From positions 154,066 to 218,065 of the forward strand of contig DATJTX010000039.1 of the NCBI GenBank assembly GCA_035502855.1: DNA of 64,000 nucleotides. Reading direction: 5' to 3'. A model generated the notes under the pieces. The model did not search any database. It saw only the letters and a program-made list of their open reading frames with translations, and was not told the origin of the DNA. The position numbers were made by a program, and so were the translations under genes. Each line of letters starts with the position of its first letter. Positions within the stretch are counted from its first letter, which is position 1. The DNA is from Vulcanimicrobiaceae bacterium (GTDB lineage: Bacteria > Vulcanimicrobiota > Vulcanimicrobiia > Vulcanimicrobiales > Vulcanimicrobiaceae). Below are positions 55,813-64,000 of the stretch, one piece after another.

Positions 55813-58784
55813 CAGTGAGGAGCTGCCTCCCGGCCGATGTATGCCCGGGCGAACACCTCGATGGTGCGGGGCGTCCCGTTCACGAAGTTTTGGTAGTTCC
55901 AGGTGTTCACCGCGCCCCACGATCCGGACTGCGGCCCGTACGGCCAGCAACCGCTTCCGGTATTGAAGCACGAGGGCGTGGGTCCATGCTGCATGTTGAA
56001 CATGTTCTGCATCGATACGCCGACCTTCCACGTTTGGCTGATGTCTTTGAACACGGTGAGGTTCGCGTACCAGTAACCCATGCCGATGCCTTCCGGCGCC
56101 AGAACCGGATTCAACGTCGCACCGGCATTCGGCCCCGCGGTCGGTGAGTACTGCGAACAGAATTGCGCCTGGACGTTCTGCGTGTATGGCACGTAGCCGG
56201 TTCCTGCAGCGTTCGGCGGCAAACACCCGCCGACATTGTAAAAGTTGTCGAACGTCCAGTAGATATAGGGTACAAGGTGCCAACCCTTGGTATGCAGATC
56301 CGCCGTAAGCGTTGCTGCCACCAGCGGCGTCGAAGTCGAGCGCAAGTAGACGCCCTGCTGGATGAAATACTCGCTCAACGGTTCGTTGAAATACGATCCG
56401 TGACCGCCGTTGAAGTCATCGATCTGCGTCCAGCAGTTGCAATACGAGCCCGAGATCCACCAGCTTGCGCCCGTCGGTCTTGGATCGACATGGCTGATGC
56501 CGAGTTCTGCACCCATTTGCTTGATCGATAGATTGTCTTCGAGCACATCGGGCCCATAGACTTGCACGTTCGTGCCGGGCTTATACCCGAGGAACGGCGC
56601 GTAGAAGGACGGGTAACTGCTGGTCGTGCGCCAGTAGGGACCGAAGCGCAGCGTCGTCTCCGGATTGAACGCATGCTCCCATTGGAAATCGACCATGTGA
56701 TTGAGCGCCGGTTGGTACGCTTGCGAGCCATTCAGTTGCGGGTTGAACGTCGGGTTGTTCAACTCGTAGAGGAAGATTGAACCAACGTAATTCGCCGTAA
56801 CGGAATACGAATAACGGAAGACGTTATTCGAATTCATACGATATGTTCCGACGAGTGAGGGCGCGAAGAATCCCGCCGAAACCGTACCGCCGGCGTACGC
56901 GGGGACTCCGTAGTAATCACGCGACCACCGAATCCCCGGTTCGAGCGTGAATTTGCCGACGTTGAAGGTTGCCTCGCCGTAGACCGACGGCGTGTGGGCC
57001 GGATTGTCGCTCAACTGGTTGATGCACGGATACGAGCCGGCGTTGTTGCCGTAGCAGAGCTGGCCGTAGCCACCGCCCGTGGCGATTTCGTTCGCCAGAG
57101 AACCGTTGAACAGATTCAGGTATTCCGTGTATTGAATCTGATCGTCGTACTCTTGCTGCACGCCCGCCTTGACCGTAACGTTTTCGTTCGGCGTCCACGT
57201 GTAGTCGCCGGCGATGAAGTAGTCTTTGTCGTCGCGCAGTTCGTATGAGTCCGAGAGATTGAACAGACACTGGTCGTAAAACGCGGTGCCGAAGCTCCCA
57301 ACCGGCGTCCCGTTCGCAACGGGATACGTCGGACATCCGGTACCGGTCCACTCGGAGTTGTACACCGGCCAGTTCGGGTCGGAGTACGGCTGATCGAATA
57401 CGTACTTGTTAAAGAACTGAGCTACATGGAGCTCGAAGCTCGACGTTTCGTTGATCGTGTGATTCCACTGGATCTTGAACACGTTGCTCTGGTGGCCCAT
57501 GAAGTTACCCGCACCGGGGGCCAGGTCGTAACTGTAGAGGCCGATCGGACAGGGTTGCCCATTCGGCGCAACGCCGCCGGCACCGGTGGAGGGCGAGTTG
57601 GGAGCATTTCCGGTCGCACCGGGACATTCGGTTACGGCGAGCGCCGGCTGGCCGGGATTATCGAGACCCCAATTGCCTTGGTCGTTGAAGTAGCTATTCA
57701 ACTCGAGGACCTGGATGTCGTCGCGTGCATCGGGGCGCCAGTGGAAATTGCCGAGGACGTCGCGCGTCCAGATCCATCCCGCGTTAGCGAACGAGATGTA
57801 CCCCGGGTAGCCTGCCTCGACTGCTCCGGGAATGCCGACGAGCGGATAGTTCGCGCCGTTGAGCTGCTGACTGCCTACCCAATAGTAGTTCTGGCTGTTC
57901 GTCGCGTCGTTGCTGATGAACCAGCTAAACTTACCGTTGGGCGTCGCGCCGCTCCATTCCGTGCGCTCGAAGTGGGAGAATTCTTCATTCGTGAGGCCTC
58001 CCGAAATCCAGAAGTAACCTGGATAGGTTCCGACCTTCGAGACCTGATTGATCACGCCGGTACCGTTCTGCGAAGCGTCCGCCGTGAGTCCACCCGTAAT
58101 GACTTCCACGTTCCCCACACCGATATTGGTGAGATTGGTTCCGAAGAAGCCGGTCTGCCGATCGGTGATCGGCACGCCGTCGAGCTCGAAGCCAGTGTCC
58201 ACGTCTGAGAAACCACCGCGGATCGAGGGCTGACCGATGGCGTAACCACCGCTGCCAACCACGCCCGGAACCGTGTCGATGTATTGATACTCGGTTTCGT
58301 GCGAATCGGTCCCGCCGGTCGCCGCTAACAGCTGGTCGCCTGTGACGTTGTACACGTCCGAGCCTTGGTACGGCTTGAGCAGACTGCTGGCGGAGCTCGA
58401 TGACACGGTCGCAATCGTCTTTAGCGCGGGGCTCATCTTATAATCTACGCGCACCGTAGCATCTTGCTGAACGAAGATGCCGGGAAGGCTGACATCCGCG
58501 TATCCCTTCGCCGTTATACGAACCGTGTACGTGTCGGGGAGCGCGTTCTGGATAGAGTAGAAACCGCGTGCGTCAGTGACGCTGCTGAAGGTGCCGCTAC
58601 CTGATACGGCCATTACACTGGCATCGGCGATTGGTTTTCCGGTTGCCGCGTCGGTGACCGTCCCCTCGACGATGCCGGTCGTGCCGGCGAGGGCGGTCAG
58701 GGGGCTGACCACCATGGCAATGAAGAGGCCCGCAGCGATTAAGAGCGCCGCCAGCGCCTTCGTAAACGAAGCCTTGCCTTGCAT
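55812..58784 (-). CDS. TonB-dependent-receptor-like outer-membrane protein with N-terminal carboxypeptidase-regulatory-like domain
   Basis: It has a signal peptide MQGKASFTKALAALLIAAGLFIAMVVSPLTALA. This is followed by GIVEGTVTDAATGKPIADASV...DARGFYSIQNALPDTYTVRITAKGYA (CarboxypepD_reg), a plug-like region and a long Gly/Tyr/Asn-rich beta-barrel. The start was trimmed to ATG 58784. Confidence 0.8.
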   Translation of the reverse strand: MQGKASFTKALAALLIAAGLFIAMVVSPLTALAGTTGIVEGTVTDAATGKPIADASVMAVSGSGTFSSVTDARGFYSIQNALPDTYTVRITAKGYADVSLPGIFVQQDATVRVDYKMSPALKTIATVSSSSASSLLKPYQGSDVYNVTGDQLLAATGGTDSHETEYQYIDTVPGVVGSGGYAIGQPSIRGGFSDVDTGFELDGVPITDRQTGFFGTNLTNIGVGNVEVITGGLTADASQNGTGVINQVSKVGTYPGYFWISGGLTNEEFSHFERTEWSGATPNGKFSWFISNDATNSQNYYWVGSQQLNGANYPLVGIPGAVEAGYPGYISFANAGWIWTRDVLGNFHWRPDARDDIQVLELNSYFNDQGNWGLDNPGQPALAVTECPGATGNAPNSPSTGAGGVAPNGQPCPIGLYSYDLAPGAGNFMGHQSNVFKIQWNHTINETSSFELHVAQFFNKYVFDQPYSDPNWPVYNSEWTGTGCPTYPVANGTPVGSFGTAFYDQCLFNLSDSYELRDDKDYFIAGDYTWTPNENVTVKAGVQQEYDDQIQYTEYLNLFNGSLANEIATGGGYGQLCYGNNAGSYPCINQLSDNPAHTPSVYGEATFNVGKFTLEPGIRWSRDYYGVPAYAGGTVSAGFFAPSLVGTYRMNSNNVFRYSYSVTANYVGSIFLYELNNPTFNPQLNGSQAYQPALNHMVDFQWEHAFNPETTLRFGPYWRTTSSYPSFYAPFLGYKPGTNVQVYGPDVLEDNLSIKQMGAELGISHVDPRPTGASWWISGSYCNCWTQIDDFNGGHGSYFNEPLSEYFIQQGVYLRSTSTPLVAATLTADLHTKGWHLVPYIYWTFDNFYNVGGCLPPNAAGTGYVPYTQNVQAQFCSQYSPTAGPNAGATLNPVLAPEGIGMGYWYANLTVFKDISQTWKVGVSMQNMFNMQHGPTPSCFNTGSGCWPYGPQSGSWGAVNTWNYQNFVNGTPRTIEVFARAYIGREAAPH

Positions 58785-58953
58785 GTCCCTAATCCTCACC
58801 TTAAAGAGCCAAAAAGGGAAAAAGAAAAGTGCACGGCGCTCACTGCGCTCGTCCACTTTAACGCCTTAATGCGGTGAAAGTCGCTCGGTTCCTTTGAGCC
58901 GGCTGTGAAACCTGGTTCGAGGATCGAGCATTGGCGGGCAGAAAGCGCCCCGC

Positions 58954-59970
58954 ATGGCTCTCTCGCTCTCGACCGAACCCCTGGATTTGCCCCTCAAGCA
59001 TCCGTTCAAGATCGCTCGCGGCGAAGAAACGGTCGCGCACTCCGTGCTCCTTCGTCTGCGCGACGGCGATCTCGAGGGTCTCGGCGAGTCGACACCGATC
59101 GCGCGCTACCATGAGACGCCGCAGACGGTCACGAGCTACTTTCGCGAGCATACGCTGCTCGCGCAGAACCCGTTCCTCCTCGAGACGCTGCTCGATCCGG
59201 ACATTCCGCCCGCCGCGCGTGCCGGTCTGGATTTGGCACTGTACGATCTGCTCGGCAAGCGGCTCGGCGTGCCGCTCTATGCGCTGCTGGGATTGGACCC
59301 GGCGCGCACGCCGTACACCTCATTCACGATCGGGATCAGCGATCCAGAAACGACGCTGCGCAAGTTGGCCGAGATCGGTGACCATCCGATCCTGAAAGTC
59401 AAGTTGGGTCTGGGGAGCGCGCGCGAACAAGTCGAGACGATCGCCGCGATTCGCGATCGCTATACCGGCACGATCCGCATCGACGCCAACGAAGGCTGGA
59501 ACGTCGAGGAAGCGATCGCGATTTTGCACGAGTTGGCCCGCTGCGACATCGAATTTTGCGAACAGCCGATCCCGGCCGGCTCGCCGCAGGGGCTGCGCGC
59601 GATTCGCGAACGCTCGCGGATTCCGATCGTCACCGACGAGGACTCGCTCGATGCGCGCGATCTGCCCGCGTTGATCGGCTGCGTCGACGGCGTCAATGTC
59701 AAACTGGCCAAAACCGGCGGCATTCGCGGCGCGCTCGCGATGATTCACACCGCCCGCGCGCTCGGCATGAAGTTGATGCTCGGCTGCATGGTCGAGAGCG
59801 CGATCGCCGCAACCGCCGCCGCGCACCTCTCGCCGCTGGTCGATTGGGCCGACGTCGACGGACCGTTTCTTACCGCGAGTGACCCCTTCACCGGCGTGCA
59901 GTACGACCGCGGCAAACTCGTGCTCCCGGACGCGCCCGGCTTGGGCGTGGCCGAGCGCGTCGCGGCGTGA
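58954..59970 (+). CDS. enolase-superfamily dipeptide epimerase / N-acyl-amino-acid racemase (L-Ala-D/L-Glu epimerase-like)
   Basis: 338 aa. The KxK motif is ILKVKLG. The metal ligand contexts are IRIDANEGW, FCEQP and VTDED, and the second catalytic Lys lies in VNVKLAKTGG. Confidence 0.88.
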   Translation: MALSLSTEPLDLPLKHPFKIARGEETVAHSVLLRLRDGDLEGLGESTPIARYHETPQTVTSYFREHTLLAQNPFLLETLLDPDIPPAARAGLDLALYDLLGKRLGVPLYALLGLDPARTPYTSFTIGISDPETTLRKLAEIGDHPILKVKLGLGSAREQVETIAAIRDRYTGTIRIDANEGWNVEEAIAILHELARCDIEFCEQPIPAGSPQGLRAIRERSRIPIVTDEDSLDARDLPALIGCVDGVNVKLAKTGGIRGALAMIHTARALGMKLMLGCMVESAIAATAAAHLSPLVDWADVDGPFLTASDPFTGVQYDRGKLVLPDAPGLGVAERVAA

Positions 59971-61021
59971 AGCGGCGCTATGCGATGTTCGCGCCCGGCC
60001 ACTTCGCGATCGACGCGAAGACCGCGCACGGCGTAATTGCCTACGGCAGCGATGAAACCGTGGCCGTGATCGATCCGGCCGGTGCCGGAAAGAAGGTGAG
60101 CGAGGTCCTTCCCCATCTCCACAGCGACGCGCCGATCGTTGCGAGCGTGGCCGAAGCCTTGCGCTACGAGCCGACCGCGCTGCTGATCGGCACCGCGCCG
60201 CGCGGCGGAACGCTGCCTGCGGACTGGCGCGGCGAAATCCTGGCCGCCATTGCCGCCAAGCTCGAAATCGTGAGCGGGCTGCACGATATGCTGGGCGAGG
60301 ATGCGGAACTTGCCGCCGCGGCGCGACGCGCCGGCGTGACGATCTGGGACGTGCGCAAACCGCCCGAGGTGCCGCTCTTCTCCGGCGCCGTCTACCGTGT
60401 TGCGGCGCCGACGCTGCTGCTGGTCGGCAACGACTGCTCGGTCGGCAAGATGACGGTTGCGCTCGAACTCTGCCGCGCGGCGCAGCACGCCGGCGCGAAG
60501 GCCGCGTTCGTGCCGACCGGTCAAACCGGGATCATGATCGCCGGTTGGGGATCGCGATCGATCGCGTGATCGCCGATTTTGCGCCGGGTGCGACCGAATC
60601 GCTGGTACTCTACGCCGCGCAATCCGCCCCCGACCTCATCGTGGTGGAGGGACAGGGCGCGATCAACCACCCCGCTTACGCCCCGGTGACGCTCGCGCTG
60701 ATGTACGGCGCTGCGCCCGACGCGCTGGTGCTCGTCTGCGATCCGGTACGCGAACGCATCGCGGGTTACGAAACGCCGACGCTCGGCTATCGCGAGCTCA
60801 TCGCGCTGCACGAAGCCTTGCTCGCGACGGTGAAGCCGGCGCGCACGCTCGGCATAGCGCTCAATACGCGCCGGCTCGACGATGACGCCGCGCGCGCACA
60901 GATCGAACGCGCTCGCGCCGAGACCGGTCTGCCGGCCGACGACGTAGTGCGCTATGGACCCGATGCGCTCTATGCCGCCATCGCTCCTCACGTGCGCAGG
61001 GAGCGCCCGTGCGTCGCCTGA
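59967..61021 (+). pseudogene. DUF1611-family (DgcN-like) gene interrupted by a -1 frameshift near 60547..60550
   Basis: ORF 59967..60569 ends ...GQTGIMIAGWGSRSIA*. ORF 60545..61021, in another frame, begins (L)GIAIDRVIADFAPGATE.... Joined, they read GIMIAGWG-IAIDRVIADF as one continuous DUF1611-like protein. The junction is at the G4 run in ggttggggatc. Confidence 0.75.
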
Positions 61022-62565
61022 TCGCGGCGATCGTGCTGCTGACGCTCTTTGCATGTTCGCGGGCGGGAACGATTCCCGGCGTGCTGCGTCTGGGTGAACA
61101 GGACGAACCCGATTCGCTCAACCTGATGTTCGGTCACTCCGCCGCAACCGACGAAGTCGACGCGCTGCTCTTCACCTTTCTTTTCCGCTACGACGCAAAC
61201 GGGAACATGATTCCCGATCTCGCGCTGCGCGTTCCGACCCTGCAGAACGGCGGTATCAGCCGCGACGGGAAGACGATCACGCTGCATCTGCGCAAGGGCG
61301 TGGTCTGGTCCGATGGTGCGCCGCTCACCGCGGCGGATTGGCTCTTCACCTATCATGCCGTGCTGAACCCGCGCAACGACACCAAAACGGATTACGGCTG
61401 GAACATGATCGCTTCGGCCTCGGCGCCGAACCCCTACACGCTGGTCATCCACTTGAAGAAGCCCAGCGTCGCCGTCCTCGACATTCTCGGCATGGGCGGC
61501 CCCGCGTACCCGCCGCTCCCGGCGCATCTGCTCGCCGGTCTGGCCGACATCAATCACGCCGACTTCAACCAGCACCCGATCTCGAGCGGCCCGTATCTGC
61601 TCAAAGACTGGAATCACGGTTCGGAGCTGGACTTCGTGCCCAATCCGCGTTACTGGCGCGGCCCGCCGAAGCTCAAAGAGTTGATCTGGAAGGTGATTCC
61701 CGATACGAACTCGCTGCTCGCCGCGCTGCAAACGCACGAGATCGACGTCTATCCGACGGTCGACGTCGATTCGATCGCGGCGCTGCGATCGATCCCCGGC
61801 ATTCGCGTGCTGCACCGCACGATCGCCAACTGGCGCCATCTCGACATGAATCTGAGCAAACCGCATCTCGCCGATCTGCGTGTGCGCGAAGCCATCGCCG
61901 ACGCCATCGACTGGAAGCGCCTCAACGACACGATCTATCACGGTGTCAACCAACTCGCGGTATCCGACATCTTTCCCGCCTCGTGGGCCGCGCCGAGGCT
62001 GGCGCCCTATCGCTACGATCCGAACGCGGCGCGAGCGTTGCTCGCCGCCGCGGGCTGGACGCCGGCGCATCCGCTGCACCTGACGATCTCCTCGACGATC
62101 TCCGCCCAGAGCAACGATCAGGCGGAGGTCGTGATGCAGGCGGACTTAAAACCACTCGGCATCGATCTGCAAATCCGCAACTATCCGGCCAGCCTGCTCT
62201 TCGCGCAGGACGGCCCGCTCTACAAAGGCACGTACGATCTGGAATGGTCGGTCGACACCAACGCGCCCGATCCCGACAACGCGCCCGACTGGAACTCCGC
62301 GTTCATTCCGCCCAACGGCTCGAACACGACCTGGCTGCGCGATCCGATCGTCGATCGCACGAGTGCCGCCGCGGCGGCGACGTTCGATCGAGCGCAGCGC
62401 AAACGCCTGTACCAAGAAGAGGAAGAACGCATCCGCCACTTCGTGCCGACGGTATTCTTCTACTGGGAAACGGCGTATTACGGCGTGAGCGACGACGTGG
62501 AGGGCTACGTTCCCGCCGCCTATATCGCTGACGAGTGGAATGCCTGGGAGTGGAACGTGCGCTGA
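61009..62565 (+). CDS. ABC-transporter substrate-binding lipoprotein, family 5, copy 2 (paralog of 53177..54799)
   Basis: It has a lipoprotein signal VRRLIAAIVLLTLFAC. By eye it is roughly two-thirds identical to copy 1 over most of its length, for example VPTLQNGGISRDGKTITLHLRKGVVWSDGAPLTAADWLFTYHA. Confidence 0.88.
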   Translation: MRRLIAAIVLLTLFACSRAGTIPGVLRLGEQDEPDSLNLMFGHSAATDEVDALLFTFLFRYDANGNMIPDLALRVPTLQNGGISRDGKTITLHLRKGVVWSDGAPLTAADWLFTYHAVLNPRNDTKTDYGWNMIASASAPNPYTLVIHLKKPSVAVLDILGMGGPAYPPLPAHLLAGLADINHADFNQHPISSGPYLLKDWNHGSELDFVPNPRYWRGPPKLKELIWKVIPDTNSLLAALQTHEIDVYPTVDVDSIAALRSIPGIRVLHRTIANWRHLDMNLSKPHLADLRVREAIADAIDWKRLNDTIYHGVNQLAVSDIFPASWAAPRLAPYRYDPNAARALLAAAGWTPAHPLHLTISSTISAQSNDQAEVVMQADLKPLGIDLQIRNYPASLLFAQDGPLYKGTYDLEWSVDTNAPDPDNAPDWNSAFIPPNGSNTTWLRDPIVDRTSAAAAATFDRAQRKRLYQEEEERIRHFVPTVFFYWETAYYGVSDDVEGYVPAAYIADEWNAWEWNVR

Positions 62566-63434
62566 TGTTCGTGCAAGCGCTGAACGTGCGCGGCGGCGCG
62601 ACGCTGCGGTTCGAACCGGTGCGCGGGGGCGTCATCAGTTGGAATAGCCATGCGTCAAGTGGGCTCTTGCGCTTTCGGCTGCTCCGCGCGGGCGCACCGG
62701 CCAGCGCCTGGTACGACTACGCCGAGTGGCAGCTGCACGGACGCAAATCCTTTAGCCCACAGAGCGATAGCGACGGCGTGGCCGTCAACGTCGACGTGCT
62801 TGCGGCCGAGCAGCCCTTCGACGGAATCGACCTGAGCGGGGAAAGCGTCGACTTCGATCTGCTCGCCTTCGCCGCTCCGCAGCACACTCGGCCCTCGCTG
62901 CCCTATGCGCGCGACGCGATGATTCTCGATGTTCCCGCGCGCTCGCAATACGCGCGCGAAGGTGAGCGCGGGTGGTGCAGCGCGGCCAGCCTCTCGATGG
63001 TCAACGCGTATCACGGTATCGACCGTTCGGTCGAGGAAACGGCGCTCGCGGTGATCGACCGCGCCTACAACGGTACCGGCAACTGGGCGTTCAACACCGC
63101 GTTCAGTGGCAGCCTGGGCCTGCGCGGCGTCGTCGCGTATCTGCAGAATTTCGATCAGGCTGCACGCCTGATCGAGCGCAATCTTCCGCTCGTCATTTCG
63201 TACTCGTGGCGCGAGGGCGAGCTGCCCGGAGCGCCGCTGCCGCATTCCGACGGGCACCTCGTCGTACTGCGCGGTTTTACCGTGCAGGGTGACTGCGCGA
63301 TCAACGATCCCGCGGCGCCCGGCGTGAGCGTCGTCTACCCGCGCACCGCGGTCGAAGCGATCTGGCAGCGCAACAACGGGGTGGCGTACGTGGTCGCGCC
63401 GGCCGGCGTCGACTACGAAAGCGTACTGACGTGA
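62565..63434 (+). CDS. peptidase C39-like (papain-fold) domain protein with an unassigned N-terminal domain
   Basis: The ATG at 62565 shares 1 nt with the SBP stop (TGATG). The Cys context is ERGWCSAASLSMVNAYHG and the His context is SDGHLVVLRGF. No signal peptide is visible. Confidence 0.55.
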   Translation: MFVQALNVRGGATLRFEPVRGGVISWNSHASSGLLRFRLLRAGAPASAWYDYAEWQLHGRKSFSPQSDSDGVAVNVDVLAAEQPFDGIDLSGESVDFDLLAFAAPQHTRPSLPYARDAMILDVPARSQYAREGERGWCSAASLSMVNAYHGIDRSVEETALAVIDRAYNGTGNWAFNTAFSGSLGLRGVVAYLQNFDQAARLIERNLPLVISYSWREGELPGAPLPHSDGHLVVLRGFTVQGDCAINDPAAPGVSVVYPRTAVEAIWQRNNGVAYVVAPAGVDYESVLT

Positions 63435-63474
63435 CCCAGCCGCGCGAACGCGATCCTTGGAAGCACCGATCGAA

Positions 63475-63732
63475 TCAAGCCCGCTGAATCAGCGCCGGTT
63501 CCACGTAGCCGCCAGGTTCGATTAAGACGTGCGACTCTTCGGGATCGCTCGAAGACTGTCTCTTGATCGTGTACTTCTGCCCGGCGGCAATGTCGTACAC
63601 GGGATGTCCGTCTTCAACCTTGATGGACTTCAGGATGACCCCACGTAGAATTATGGTGTCATCGACGAACCGGTACGCCGTATAACCCGGTGGAGTTCCC
63701 TGCGGAGGCGTCTCCTGTATTAAATACGGCAT
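63475..63732 (-). CDS. hypothetical small protein
   Basis: 85-aa ORF in an AT-richer stretch with a beta-rich composition (YTIKRQ, VILKSIKVEDG). I recognise no family. Confidence 0.4.
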   Translation of the reverse strand: MPYLIQETPPQGTPPGYTAYRFVDDTIILRGVILKSIKVEDGHPVYDIAAGQKYTIKRQSSSDPEESHVLIEPGGYVEPALIQRA

Positions 63733-63809
63733 CGTGTACGACCAATTGTCCGGATCCCGGCCTGTAATCCTCGTCGCCTTGAAACCGATATACTCTTGGA
63801 CAGGAATCT

Positions 63810-64000
63810 ATGCGAATGCAATCCCATCGCCACGAGCAACAGCCGCGAGCGAGAATTACGGACGCTTGGCGAATCGAGGGCGCACCGCTGCACCTCGCCC
63901 TGGTCGAGCCGGAGATCCCGCCCAATACCGGCAACGTCGCACGGCTCGCTGCTGCGACCGGATGCGCGCTCCACCTCATCGAACCGCTCGGGTTTTCGAT
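63810..64000 (+). CDS. trmL: tRNA (cytidine/uridine-2'-O)-methyltransferase TrmL (SpoU family); 3' end lies outside the window
   Basis: My own translation from ATG 63810 reads ...[38 protein letters not shown].., the canonical TrmL N-terminus. It runs off the window end and is not in the ORF track. The true start may be downstream of 63810. Confidence 0.8.
   Translation, partial: MRMQSHRHEQQPRARITDAWRIEGAPLHLALVEPEIPPNTGNVARLAAATGCALHLIEPLGFS

Noticed and set aside
60988-62079. 363-aa minus-strand ORF
   Set aside because: It is antisense to the second SBP gene and has a shadow-ORF composition.

Overview
This is a high-GC, densely coding bacterial chromosomal segment with about 70 protein genes, one tRNA and no rRNA. 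I saw no CRISPR array, transposase or integrase. Most of it is housekeeping. It holds a complete F1Fo ATP synthase operon (atpZ-atpI-atpB-atpE-atpF'-atpF-atpH-atpA-atpG-atpD-atpC) followed by murA, mreB and tsaC. It also holds rpiB-glyA, upp, a dCMP deaminase, wecA-like and wecB genes, alaS, rarA, and a split NHEJ module (ligD phosphoesterase-ligase, a separate LigD polymerase gene, ku). A SigB-type partner-switching operon lies in one translationally coupled chain with a cysteine desulfurase, DUF948 and YtxH genes. An LptA/OstA-like protein and a large TonB-dependent-receptor-like protein indicate a diderm envelope, yet the gene order around the atp operon resembles that of Bacillus.

The parts that look accessory or unusual are:
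- **13.6-15.1 kb:** an AT-richer islet carrying a tandemly duplicated two-gene cassette of small unclassifiable exported proteins.
- **GC-rich double-hairpin repeats:** a family with compensatory stem changes. It includes two inverted ~111-nt copies at 29.65 kb and 47.6 kb, and shorter copies in the atp intercistronic spacers.
- **24.6 kb:** a plus-strand intrinsic terminator with no plus-strand gene, possibly marking an sRNA.
- **48.7 kb:** a small HExxH zincin resembling effector or toxin peptidases.
- **49-63.4 kb:** a cluster that reads as a peptidoglycan-fragment and D-Glu-peptide scavenging locus. It has two paralogous orphan lipoprotein SBPs, an AmpD-like amidase, a dipeptide epimerase next to a frameshifted DUF1611 gene, a C39-like peptidase, and a TonB-dependent-type outer-membrane protein coupled to a small secreted protein. 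An S9 peptidase, a class-A beta-lactamase-like hydrolase and a SIS amino-sugar enzyme lie just upstream.

All product calls rest on motif recognition by eye. No database search or folding computation was run.
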